From the NCBI GenBank assembly GCA_963841435.1, contig CAWJCS010000005.1, positions 800,001 to 864,000 of the forward strand: a stretch of DNA of 64,000 nt, in the 5' to 3' direction. Under the pieces are notes generated by a model. That model searched no databases and had not been told where the DNA came from. It saw nothing but the letters and a program-made list of their open reading frames with translations. The translations under genes were made by a program, and so were the position numbers. Positions 30,102 through 40,774 of this stretch are shown here, in pieces (the stretch's first letter is position 1; each line of letters starts with the position of its first letter). Source of the DNA: an uncultured delta proteobacterium (GTDB lineage Bacteria > Myxococcota_A > Polyangia > Polyangiales > Polyangiaceae).

Positions 30102-31309
30102 ATGACAGCGCGTCGTTGGTCGGGACCGTTGCGGGTTGCCCTCGGCGGCGTTGCATGCCTGGTGGCTGCCTCTTGCGCCGGCAAGAGCGTCTTCTCATCG
30201 CGCGGCACGGGCGCCCACGGCACGGGCGGCAGCGCGATGGGCGGAGCCACGGCCACGGGCGGAACGAGCAGCGGCGGAGGTAATCAGGGAGGAGGGAGCG
30301 GCGTGACGGCGTTCGGCGGAACGGGCGCGACCGGGGCCGTCGCTGGGAGTTTCGTCACCGATGGCGGCGAGACCTTCTGGGGTGGCAGCGCCGGTGTCAC
30401 GACCGGCGGCGCGGGGAGCGCCGCCGCAGGCGCTAGTGGGGCGACGGGAGGGAGCGCGGGCAGCTGGGGCACCGCCGGCGCGGAGCCGTTCGGCGGCGGC
30501 GCCGGCCTCGGGGAGGGTGGGAGCGGCACCCATGATGAATGCACGGGACCGCTCAGGGACGGCGTGGCGGCGTATGCCGATCGGCACCTCGAGCGGCTAC
30601 GCGGCGTCACCGAGCTCGACGGACCGCTCGAGATCCACGACGGGCTCGCGAGCTGGAGGGGTTGCGCAATCTGTCCGAGGCCCATGGGATCGCAATCGGC
30701 CAATGTCCGGCGCTCACCGCTCTCCACGGCCTGGAAGACGTGGTGTCCGTCGAAGAGCTCTGGCTACAACGGCTCCCAATCCGCGATCTGCACGGGCTCG
30801 ACGGGCTCCGGACCATTTCGGACTCGCTCGGGATTCAGGCAAACGAGAAGCTCGAGACCCTCGCGGGTCTCGAGAGCGTGAGCGGCGCTTTCTCGATCAC
30901 GATCGGCGACAATCCGCTTCTTTACGATATCTCGGCCCTGAAGCAGGTGACAGAGGCGGCTCAGCTGGCGGTTGCGGGAAACGATGCGCTCACGAGCCTT
31001 TCCGGGCTCGACGGTCTGACGTCGGTCCGGGGCTTGTCCATCGAACAGAATGCCTCGCTCCGGACGCTGAGCGGGCTCGACGGGATCGCGAGCGTACAAG
31101 AGGAGTTTTTGGTCGCGGACAATCCGCTGCTCGCCAGCCTGCACGGGCTCGATGGCGTCAGAAGGGTCGACGGCTCGTTTGGGATCCGGTCCAATCAGAG
31201 CCTCCCGACCTGCGAGGCCGTGCGCCTGCGCGATCGAATCGGCGCCGCCAACATCGGCGGCGACATCGAGATCGCCGGCAACGACGACGGCGGCGTCTGC
31301 CCGCCGTAG
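30102..31309 (+). CDS. lipoprotein: Gly-rich linker + receptor-L-domain/LRR-like repeats, frameshift near 30650
   Basis: AASC lipobox; repeats of N-x-x-L-x-S/T-L-x-G-L-D-G-L/I/V-x-x-V-x-G-x-L-x-I. Confidence 0.75.
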
Positions 31310-31485
31310 CGGTTCGTTGCGACTGAAGCCCGCGCTCGGCCGAGACCACGCAACGCGCTTCCAGAACGTGGCGGCTCTGGTTGCGCCACATCGCCAATTC
31401 CAGCATAGCTGCAAATTGTGCCGCACTGAACCCTCGCCGCCCTCCAGGTGAGGCGTTCACGGTGACCGTGACCGGTGGTTGTGTT

Positions 31486-31570
31486 TGTGGCCACAACCTC
31501 CTCTTCATCGGTCCGCCTGGCAGCGGCAAAACGCTGCTCGCGCGCATGATGCCCGGCATCTTCCCGCTCG
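31486..31570 (+). pseudogene. YifB/ComM Mg-chelatase-like ATPase fragment
   Basis: [26 protein letters not shown] matches the ComM/YifB Walker A region; flanks are unrelated. Confidence 0.65.
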
Positions 31571-31877
31571 GCGCCGACTCCTACTGCCGTGGGGGCTGGC
31601 GGACGGTGACTATCGACGAAGTGTTTCGGCGCTTACCATAGGTAGTTTGGCGACGCTGGTCCGTCGGCCGCCGAGCCAGGCCCGCGCGAGGCGCGCGGAG
31701 CCAAGCCTCCTTGCTCGGCAGCTCGAGCCCGGCGATCGGCTCGCCGTCCTCGCCCGCGAACGTTCGCGTCGCGAGCCGACAGAGAGCAGCCGCTTGAGCT
31801 GCTTGCCAGGCTCGCCCCTCAGGTCACATTTCCGCGCGCGAAGATCAGCGTCCGCAGGGGCGGCCCGCTATGGCCCG

Positions 31878-32855
31878 TCACCGCTGGTCGTAGGCCATGC
31901 ACCGCGCGGCACCGATGGCGTTGGCGGTGGCCGCCAGGAAGAATTGCGTTCCTTTCGTCGAGATGGAGACCTTGTCCGACGAAGTGTTGAGATCGCCGCT
32001 GACTCGGCTCAAGTAGCAAACCGCGGAGTCGTAGGGCGCGAGCCAGTAGGAGCTGTAGCCTCCACTTTCGCCGACGGTAAATTGCCACGTTCCCGCGGAG
32101 GTCACATTGCCGCGCACCCAGGATCCATTGTTGTATCCGTAGAGCTTGACGAGCCATCCGTTCGACGGATTGCCAATGAAAAGCGACCGCGCGCCACCCC
32201 TAATGAAGGTGTCCTCGAACGCGGTTTCCGCCTGAGTACGGACGTTCAGGATGGAGGAGCTCGACGCGCTCGAGCTCTGGCTGATGTGCACGCTCTCACC
32301 GGCGCCCTCGAACTCCCCAGTCACGTCGGTGAGGTACGTCACTGCGTCGCCCCACCACAAACTGGTCGTCAACGTACCGTCCGTGTGGCGTGCCACCCAC
32401 CCCTCGTCCGAAAGCCACACGACAGCACCTGGGGGCGCGCGGAAGACTCCCTGCTCCGTGCACGTTGCCTGTACCGCGGTACCCACGTCGGAAGTCAGGT
32501 ACCATTCGTCCCATGTCAGAAGGTTGACGCCGACACCGGCGGCGCCGATCCAGTTCGAAAAATTTCCCCAGACGCCGCTGATCATGCAGATGTTGAGATC
32601 CCAAAACTTCCCGGTGTTCAGCTGGCCGCCGGCTTTGCTGAAAACCGAGAACTTCAGGCCCTTGTCTTGGGGTCCGGTCGTGTCGAGCTCGGCCAGCCTG
32701 CCGTGCGCCTTCATGTAGGCGAGCCGGTCGGAAAGAGCCACCGCGGGTGGAACGCTCTGCGAGCCGCTTTGGTCCCCGTCGTTGACGGACCCGCCACAGG
32801 CGCAGAGCGAGCCGGCCGCAACCGCCATCACCAAGAGAGCATGATTCGTCTTCAT
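31878..32855 (-). CDS. hypothetical lipoprotein with three internal repeats
   Basis: LCAC lipobox; ICMISGVWGNF / TYLTDVTGEF / VCYLSRVSGDL repeats. Confidence 0.7.
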   Translation of the reverse strand: MKTNHALLVMAVAAGSLCACGGSVNDGDQSGSQSVPPAVALSDRLAYMKAHGRLAELDTTGPQDKGLKFSVFSKAGGQLNTGKFWDLNICMISGVWGNFSNWIGAAGVGVNLLTWDEWYLTSDVGTAVQATCTEQGVFRAPPGAVVWLSDEGWVARHTDGTLTTSLWWGDAVTYLTDVTGEFEGAGESVHISQSSSASSSSILNVRTQAETAFEDTFIRGGARSLFIGNPSNGWLVKLYGYNNGSWVRGNVTSAGTWQFTVGESGGYSSYWLAPYDSAVCYLSRVSGDLNTSSDKVSISTKGTQFFLAATANAIGAARCMAYDQR

Positions 32856-32993
32856 TTGTCCTTCCCTTTCGATAGTCACCGCACAAGTTCCGCGCTGCTG
32901 GCGCACGACGCCGCAATCTCGATCGGACGTGTCGTGCTTCGATGTTGTCTGTTGCTTGAACTGCTCGCTTACGCCCGCATGCTCGTGCACACC

Positions 32994-33668
32994 TCAGCCG
33001 GCCACCTCGATGACGGGCTCATCGATCCGGCCCCCGCCGCCTGAGAGGCGGTAACCGTCCCGAGGGAAGAAGACGTCGATGGAGTATCCCGTGTCCTGCT
33101 CCTCGGGCTTCGTCCACGTTTGCTCGTCAATCGCGCGCGCGGCCCGGATCAGACCATCTACGTCGGTCTTCGCCTTCGAGCTCGTGTGGATGGTGAAGCG
33201 GCAAATCGTCGCTCGACAATCAACGTCGGTCACGCTGTTCGGGTCGACGCTGTGCTCCAAGAACGTAGCGTGAAGGCGAGCCTCGGTCACCGAACGCCAG
33301 GATGGATTCCTCGCTTCACTCGACCAGCGCGCGTTCAGCTCCGCCCGATCGCTCGCCAATTCGAGTGCTCGCTCTAGATTCGGTGCGTACTTGAACTCCA
33401 CGGGTTTCCCTGGATCGGTCCCGGGCGCGGCGCTCGACACCTCGATGGGAGGTGGAGGCACCGGCTGTTCCTTGTGCAGGGCCGGGACCGGCGCGGGCGG
33501 GACGTGCGGTACAGGCCGCCCCGGTGACAGGTCCGCGGACTCGCTGACCGAATTCGCGCGAGACCGCTGAGCGGCCGGCTCCTTCGGAGTTGACGACTGC
33601 ACGCGTTGCCAAATCGCTCCCGTCAGGACCAGTGCACCGATGGCGATGACTAGTTTGTTGGGTCTCAT
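32994..33668 (-). CDS. hypothetical exported protein
   Basis: N-terminal TM, Pro-rich linker, SEARNPSW...VDCRATICR motif. Confidence 0.65.
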   Translation of the reverse strand: MRPNKLVIAIGALVLTGAIWQRVQSSTPKEPAAQRSRANSVSESADLSPGRPVPHVPPAPVPALHKEQPVPPPPIEVSSAAPGTDPGKPVEFKYAPNLERALELASDRAELNARWSSEARNPSWRSVTEARLHATFLEHSVDPNSVTDVDCRATICRFTIHTSSKAKTDVDGLIRAARAIDEQTWTKPEEQDTGYSIDVFFPRDGYRLSGGGGRIDEPVIEVAG

Positions 33669-33688
33669 GCCTTCTTCTCCACTGCGAA

Positions 33689-34370
33689 TCAAAGGGCCAT
33701 TCGTCCGTTGAGCCAGTCGAGAACCCCCAAAAGACGCACGTATCGATCCGTGCCCACGCAGTCAGGGCTGCCCTGACTCAAGATGCCGAGGGCGGCGACG
33801 TCTCCCGACTCGTTGCGTGTCAGCAGTGGTCCGCCCGAATCCCCCGCGCAAGCACCGCTCACGCCAGCACCCGAAACAGAAATTGAGGCATCGTTGACCA
33901 CGGACACTGCCTCGACCGCGAAACGCCGGCCGGTCGCGCCGTCGTCCGTCTGCCCGAACCCGGAGAGCTCGACCAGCATTCCGGCCTCGAGCCCGTGTCG
34001 TCTCCGTAGCCGAGCGGAACGAACTCAGGGGCGGATTGCTCCGGAATTCTGAGCAGGCAAAGGTCCTCACTCTCGTGCGGCACGAACTCCTCGACCGCGC
34101 CGCGTCGAGCCGTCACACGTGCCCCCCTCGCCGAAGGTGCGCGCATGGCCGTGTGCTCCAGGTCGTCCACGCAGTGTCGCGCAGTAGGCACCCATCCCGG
34201 AGCTACCGCGGCCCCGTGCAAGTCTGGAAGTGGTTCGGGCACCAACGGTGGTCCTGGCGTCAAGCCGCACGATCGCATCGGCCTCGGCTCGAGCCATCGA
34301 CAGAAACCCCTCCTCGGGTTCGCCGCCTACGATGCAGTCAACTGCTCCGGTGACGCCGGACTCTCCCATC
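33689..34370 (-). pseudogene. trypsin-like (S1) serine protease, multiply frameshifted
   Basis: IVGG N-terminus, WVPTARHC, EDLCLLRI and CAGDSGGPL spread over three frames. Confidence 0.8.
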
Positions 34371-34629
34371 CCGCCGGTACCGGAAACGCCGGGACAGCGA
34401 GGAGAAGCGAGGGAGTGGCGCTGGACAGGTGCACGTTCGTTGACGGCTTTCTGGCGGATCCAGCGACGAATCGACGTCCCCATCACCTGGGCAAGCGATT
34501 GGTGTTCGTGCCGCGTCGGGTCCGTGGTGAACTTCAGATCTTCGGCGACCTCTGATCGACGTTGACCTCTACTAACGACGCAGAGCTCGTCGATCTATGG
34601 GCAGTTTGGCGACATGCGCGATGGAACAG

Positions 34630-34730
34630 GCAAGGGGTCGCCTCGCGTGCCGGCCGATCTCGGCGCAAGCACAGTCGCATGGCGAAGGACCCGTTTCGCT
34701 TCCTGCGCGCGACGTTTACCGGTGGACGCA
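34630..34730 (+). pseudogene. DUF2252-like N-terminal fragment
   Basis: KHSRMAKDPFRFLRATF. Confidence 0.5.
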
Positions 34731-35019
34731 GTACTGGAGCGTCGAAGACCAGGGGCTCTAGACGCGACGCCGTCTATGGGTGGCTGATCTGCGCGTCGAT
34801 TGCCGTCGAGAAGGCCCTCGGAGACCGGCTGTGGATTTCGAAGGAGCTCACCCGACGATCACCCAATTGGCTCGCTCGAGCGGCAAGCACATGGCCGGCT
34901 GATCCAAGAGGCCGCCAGGACGGGGCAGACGGTCGATCTGTAGGCCGAGCGGCGCGAGGGGTCGCGGTGGTGAGCTCGCGCGCGGTGCTTGATGCGAGCC
35001 TCCCGCAGCGGCGCGCGGC

Positions 35020-36225
35020 GCGCGGAGCCAGTGGACGCCGAGCGACGCCGCGTGCTCGGCGTGCTGCGGCGGTTCGGCTGGAACGCGACCTCGTTTCAGA
35101 TCCTCGAGCCGGGTTTCGTACTGGTTCGCCGGCGACGACGCTTGCGTCGCGTACGTGGATACCGGGCGCGCCTGGGTGGCGGCGAGGCGCGCCGGTGGCC
35201 GACGGCGACGGCTCGTGGCGGTGGCGGGCGGCGTTCGTGCGAAGAGCGCGGCAACAACGCCGGCGCGCGCTGTTCTTCGCCACCGAGGGACGCTTCGCGG
35301 GCAGCGGCTCGATTCCATGCTCATCGGCGAGCAGCCGCTGTGGGATCCGGCCCTTTGGAGCCAGATGCTGCAGCGCGTTCCGAGCTTGCGCGAGCAGCTG
35401 CGCCGCGCCCGCGCCAAGGGCGTCGCGGTCACCGCGCTCTCGCCCGCGGCCCTCGCCGATCCCGGGTGCGCGGAGCGGCAGGAGATCGACTCGCTGATCG
35501 AGCGCTGGATGGGCACCAAGCCCATGCCGCCCATGGGGTTCCTCGTGCGGGTCCACCCTTACTCGTTCCCGGAGGAGAGAAGCGTCCTGGTCGCCGGCAG
35601 GGGGCCGGCTGGTCGGCTTCGCCGGCGTCGTCCCGGTGTACGCGAGAAACGGTCGCTTCATCGAAGATCTCGTGCGTGCTCCCGAAGCGCCCGAACGGCA
35701 CCATCGAGCTCCTGGTGGACGCGGCGATGCGCGACGGCCGCAGAGGAGGGGATCGAGCGTCGTCACGCTCGGACTCGCGCCGCTGGCCGGGCGCCGTGCC
35801 GATTGGCCTGCGCCTTGCGGCGACGCTGGGGGGCGCCGCTCTACGATTTTCGCGGGCTGCAGTCGTTCAAGGCCAAGTTCCGGCCGCGTGAGTGGGTTCC
35901 CGTCTACCTCTCGTATCCGAGCGAGCAGACGATGCAGGGGCGGTCTACGACAGCCTTTCGGCTTTCGCTCAGCACGGCCTCTTGCGCTACGGGTCGAGAC
36001 GCTGCTCCGGGTCCTCCGATCGTGGTGCGCATCCTGGCGGCGCTGCTCGTGCCCTGGACCGCTCCTGCTGCGGCCGTGGACCCGGCCTGGTTTCCGGCGC
36101 CGTGGGTGCAAGGGTTCTGGGTCGTCTTCGACGTCCTCTTGTGCGCGAGCCTGCTCGTCCTGAGCGTGCGCTGGCGAGCCTGGCTGGCGACTCTGCTGCT
36201 CGCGCCGCTCTTGACGCCGACCCGA
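35020..36225 (+). pseudogene. DUF2156 / aminoacyl-phosphatidylglycerol synthase C-terminal domain protein, frameshifted and 3'-truncated
   Basis: RRFGWNATSFQILEPG, IGEQPLWDP, LREQLRRARAKGV, MPPMGFLV, PNGTIELLVD, LYDFRGLQSFKAKFRPREWVPVYL. Confidence 0.75.
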
Positions 36226-36236
36226 GAGGACGTTGA

Positions 36237-36339
36237 GGACCAGCGGTCCGGCCCGCAGGCTGGATGGCATATTCGGCGATCCGGTAAAGTCCAGCACGCC
36301 ATCCACCGCGACGGATGCGTTTGCTTCGCCTATCCCCAC
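36237..36339 (+). repeat. left copy of a ~105-bp inverted repeat
   Basis: reverse complement matches 38711-38819 (GTGGGGATAGGCG[A/G]AGCAAACGCATCCGTCGCGGTGGATGGCGTGCTGGACTTTAC...GCCGGACCGCTGG) with a few substitutions and indels. Confidence 0.9.
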
Positions 36340-36609
36340 AAGACCGAGACGACGGGCAAGGGCGGCAACCGCCACCCCTACAACCTCGGCGGTGAGCCGT
36401 GACGAACCACGACGACTCCTAAGCGTGGCGGCCACGCCCCTATAGTGGCGTGGACCGTCCGCCACGTTTCCGAAGCCTGGCGCCGCGACGGTTCGCGAGA
36501 CTTCGCCACGCTTGGCCAGGCTCTCACTGGAGCTTCGGAATCGAGCGCCCCCATGGTGGACGCGTCGGCGAGGCGTTGGACGCCATCGAGCGATGGCTGC
36601 GCGTCGAGA

Positions 36610-37264
36610 TCAGGGAGTCGTAGGCTTGTTCGAGGTCGTCGGGAGGGCTGGAGGAGGAGGCGAACTCGCCAGGCCGAGCAGCACGAGTTGGATTGCCGGA
36701 ACGTAGTTTCCCCGCATCGCCTGAGCCATGACGGTTCCGTACGGTGGTCCGGGTCGCCGGACGACCGACATCCAGTTACCCGGAAGGCCCAGGCGGTGGA
36801 GTAGCACCCGCCAGAGAAGGCGCGATGTGCGACCGTTCCCATTCAGGAAGGGATCGGATTCTGATGAACTCCCCCACGGCAGTGCCTACGATGGTCGCAA
36901 CCCGCCGGAGCTTCTCGTCGAGCGAGAGCGTCGTCCAATTCAGCTCGACGGCACTCAGTCGGGCGTGCAACACCACGGCGAACTCGGCAACAAGCTGCGG
37001 AACGGTCCGATAGTGAGCGCCAGCGACGCCGTCAACCGTGACATTCGTTCCGAGGCACACGAACCGCTTGTTGTCCTGTCGAACGTTGCCGGCGTAGTAA
37101 CGAACCGGCGCGACCTCGCGGAAAAGCGCGTCGTGCCAGCTCCGGATGGCGCTCGCGCCAGGGACCTGCTGGCGCGCCTCCGTGCAAGCCTTGACTAGGA
37201 CGCCGTGCGCCTGTGCGAAGCAGGCGGGCGCCGTGTGTTCGTCCCGGTCTACCGACCGGGGCAC
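36610..37264 (-). CDS. Fic/Doc family protein, +1 frameshift at the catalytic His
   Basis: IRSWHDALF, YAGNVR; removing one base near 36855 gives FIRIHPFLNGNGRTSRLL. Confidence 0.85.
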
Positions 37265-37276
37265 TCGAACGTCTGT

Positions 37277-37696
37277 CTATGTCTCGTCTTCTTCGCCGCC
37301 ACCGATGTCCTGTGACGGACCCCAACATGTCTCGATATTGGCAGTGCCCCTCTTCAGAATTTCGTCCACGTTCGCGCCCGATGCGCGGAGCTCCGCGAGT
37401 GCTCGCGTCCAGTCGGCGTCCATTTCCTTCTGGTCGCGCATGATGCGAAGCGCGCGGCCCATTTTCTCCGGCTGGACCGTGACGCCGGGACCCGCGCGAA
37501 CCGCATCGACGGCCGGAGCAATGACGCGGTCGGCCGCGGCGAACGTCACGTGCGGGAAGGCGGTCGTCGCCGCGCAGGCGAACGCCGTGGTCAGGAACAC
37601 CGCGTTGGCGGAGATGCGCTCGCGAGGGCTGCGCGCGGGGTTCTTCCTGCGTACCGCGAACTCGTCGATGTCGGTCAGATCGTCGCCCGAGAACAT
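37277..37696 (-). CDS. hypothetical protein, candidate Fic antitoxin
   Basis: 139-aa ORF directly upstream of the Fic gene; TANIET resembles the (S/T)xxxE(G/N) inhibitory motif. Confidence 0.55.
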   Translation of the reverse strand: MFSGDDLTDIDEFAVRRKNPARSPRERISANAVFLTTAFACAATTAFPHVTFAAADRVIAPAVDAVRAGPGVTVQPEKMGRALRIMRDQKEMDADWTRALAELRASGANVDEILKRGTANIETCWGPSQDIGGGEEDET

Positions 37697-37699
37697 GCG

Positions 37700-38188
37700 C
37701 TAAGCTCCTCCCTGGGGTTCCACGACCGCACCTTGCACTGGCGGCTCGTTTTCGATCAGGCCCAGGATCTCGTCAACCAGAGACGATAGAAGGGCCGTAT
37801 TCATCGAGATTTCGACGACCGGATGAACAAACTCGGGGGAATAACCCGCTCTCAGGGCCGTGAGATCCCCCGCCGAGATGCGGTAGAAACGGATGTCCGC
37901 GTCGTCCGCGAGGAACGCGATCGTGACCACGGACGCGCGCTCGCGCACGACGCGCCTCGCTTCGAGCTTGATGTTTGGCGAGCTTGGCGCACCCGTGGCG
38001 CGCGCGGCGTAGCCCCTGAGGGAGGGGACGAACCCGGGGTTCGCGTTCATCACGTGGGCGAGGCGCTCGTACGGCACTTCGATTGCGAGTGCGGCCGCGA
38101 GCGCCGAGCCGTCGAGCGTCGTCTGCCCGAACGTCAGCATGACGCCCCCGGCTACGCGGCGTGCGTTCGCCCAGTCGGCGCACATCAC
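37700..38188 (-). CDS. hypothetical protein (5' end probably extends to ~38339 across a frameshift)
   Basis: coupled ORF with GGAGGA RBS before the next gene; DWANA...LTFGQ...VVEISMN pattern is loosely DUF3467-like. Confidence 0.55.
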   Translation of the reverse strand: MMCADWANARRVAGGVMLTFGQTTLDGSALAAALAIEVPYERLAHVMNANPGFVPSLRGYAARATGAPSSPNIKLEARRVVRERASVVTIAFLADDADIRFYRISAGDLTALRAGYSPEFVHPVVEISMNTALLSSLVDEILGLIENEPPVQGAVVEPQGGA

Positions 38189-38669
38189 TCGGTCCGGCGG
38201 CGGAAGATCGGCCGCGCGGATCTCGACCGCCTCGATTCCAGCCGCCGGCGTCCAGCCTCACCTCGTAGGGCGCCCCGCTCGGGTTCGGGCGCACCGACGC
38301 CAGCTGATTCCGATTCCGATTTGGCTTGCGGTGCTGCACGATGCGCTCCTGGCGGGGGCCGGGTCGCGGCAGTCTCGCTCACCGCGCCCCGCCGGTCTGA
38401 GCGTAGCAGAGCCCCGTCGGTTGCGGGCAATTCTACAGCTTTACTGCACCCCTTGAGCCCGAATCGATTCGCAAGTCACCGACACCGCTACAGGGATGCC
38501 GGAGTCCTCGGCCCTTGCGCCGCTGCAGAAAGCATCGACTCCCGTCGCGTCCACCTGTGACCCTCGGAGCGTGCGCGCGCTGTCGTACTGAAACATTCGT
38601 GCGTCATTCCTGTGCGCCGGCATTCTAGCGGGTGAAGCGCGAGCGTAGGTGGCCGTCAACGCTGATGTT

Positions 38670-38696
38670 CCTTCCTCACCAAGCCGGTGAGGAAGG
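38670..38696. other. perfect 11-bp stem-loop
   Basis: CCTTCCTCACC-AAGCC-GGTGAGGAAGG just inside the right inverted repeat. Confidence 0.7.
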
Positions 38697-38710
38697 CTTC
38701 GGACCGCGCG

Positions 38711-38819
38711 GTGGGGATAGGCGGAGCAAACGCATCCGTCGCGGTGGATGGCGTGCTGGACTTTACGGATCGCCGAAGATGCGATCCAGCCTGCCTGCGG
38801 GCCGGACCGCTGGCGGTCC
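38711..38819 (-). repeat. right copy of a ~105-bp inverted repeat
   Basis: reverse complement of 36237-36339. Confidence 0.9.
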
Positions 38820-40276
38820 GCTCGCTGCGCAGGGTCAGCCGATCACGACCAGCGACTACGCGCTCGACCTATTTCCAGGGCCGCTCTTCGCCGGCTGGCG
38901 TGTCACCAGCCTCGCCGGCGCGTACGTCGCAATCGCGGAGGACGTTGACGGCGATCTGCAGAATCGGCTTCGCCGGCCGTGCGCCCGTTCTTCTCGTACA
39001 CGCACTTCGACTACTGGCTCGGGTTCGGTCTGACGTTTCCCGCCGACCTCGCCAACATGGATCTTCAACAGCGGGAGCAAGACGAATGTCCCGAATCCGC
39101 CGAAGTCGTTCGTGTTCTTCACGCCGGCCGTGAACCTGCAGTGGGGTGAGACGGGGATCGGGCTCAATCTCGCGGTTCAGCAGTATGCGCTCTCCTCTCC
39201 CGAGGAAGGGCAACGGCGCGGCATCACGGCCACGATCCCGACGATGCACATCCAGTTGGCCCACGGCTTTCTGCACAACCAATTCGTTGCGGGCGTCGGC
39301 GTGCGCTACATCACCATGACCGTCAACTCCCCCGATGAAGAGGGATTTCCGTTTCGCTCGTCAGGCCCCGGCTTCGAGTTCGGCGCGGTGTACAAGCCCG
39401 AGAACGTGCCGCTCCGGCTGGGCGTCGCGTACCGAACGCCGATTGTCACGCAGGCTTCCTACAGCGACAACCTCTTGCCGAACGCCAACGGCGATCTGAT
39501 CATTCAGAACTCCGACGCGCCAATATCTACCTGCCGAAGGCGGTCGCCTCCCCGTGGGACTTCAACTTCGGCATTGCCACTCAGATCGGCCGCCGCCCGA
39601 TCAATCCCCCCTGGCGCGAGGATGAGGAGCAAATCGAGCAGCAGACGCTCGAGCGGCGCCTGCGCGGGCTCGCGCGCGAGAGGGCACGAGACAAGGCCCT
39701 CCGGTCCGCGCGCACGAACGCCGAGTACGAAGCGATCCAGCGAAAGTTCGAGAAAGAGGAGGCGGAGGACGACCGGCAGCTCGAGATCGCGCCCTTGAGG
39801 GTGAAGACGCTCATCGAGAAGCAGCTCACGCAGATGAATCGCTATTACGTTCAATTTGCCGCCTCGATGCTGATGTCGGGCTCCGTCGAAAACGCGGTGG
39901 GCGTCGAAAGCTTGGTCAGCCAAACCGTGAATCGGTCGGGCCTGCATGTCGTTTCGTCCCCGCGCGTCGGCATGGAGGTGCCCATCTTCCGCACCTGGCT
40001 CAAGGCTCGCGGCGGCTCGTACCTCGAGCCCACGCGCTTCGAGAGCAGCGACATGCGCGTTCACGGCACCTTCGGCCTCGATCTCAAGCTCGCCGTCTGG
40101 AACGCGTCGGCCTCTGGCCGGACAACTACATGTGGCGCCTCGGCGCCGGTGGCGACGTGGCTCGCGACTACTTCACCTGGGGTGTCACCATCGCCGGCTG
40201 GTATCCGAGGCACAACGAGCCGGACGCGGTTCCGAACTTCGCGGCCCCGCTCGAAGCTCAGAATCCGCATCCCTAG
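38820..40276 (+). pseudogene. outer-membrane beta-barrel-like protein, 5'-truncated and multiply frameshifted
   Basis: SLAGAYVAIAEDVDG, amphipathic strands, LRLGVAYRTP, SPRVGMEV, RGGSYLEPTRF. Confidence 0.6.
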
Positions 40277-40774
40277 CTGAACGACCTCGGGAAGTGGCGC
40301 GGCCCGGCCGCGGTCACGGTCAAGACGAAGCCCCCGAGGCTACGGAAACCCCGCCACCTTGCCCGAGCGCGAAATCCACCTACAAGCTCGGCTACGAGCT
40401 CTACGCGCACGACTCGAACCCGCACCCCGCAGTACCACGGCACCTCGACCAACGAGTTCAGGGTGACGGATTGCGCGGACGTTGCGTTCGACCCGACCTT
40501 CTAGCCGTCGCGGCTCGAGCTCTTCATCCGCGGAGGCGACGACTGCCTCTACCGCTAACGCCGTTTCATCTTTCGCGCCGCGACGGTTGGCGCGTGCATT
40601 TCTTGCGCGACCGGGGTTCCGATTCGGACGCCGCGTTGGGGATGTCAGGCGAAAGCGAACCACCTGCCGCTGACCGCCCCCGCGGCAATTTGCTCGAAAC
40701 TTTCGTGCGCGGGCATCAAGGGCGCCTGGTTGAGGAAGCTCGGATGACGCATGCCCCCATGTAAGCTCAGGCCA

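Noticed and set aside
34774-36465. 563-aa minus-strand ORF
   Set aside because: Arg/Pro/Ala-rich with no motifs, and antisense to the frameshifted DUF2156 gene.
38692-38795. tRNA-Sec-like or other tRNA reading of the right inverted repeat
   Set aside because: No T-loop GTTCRA, no matching acceptor stem and no CCA end.
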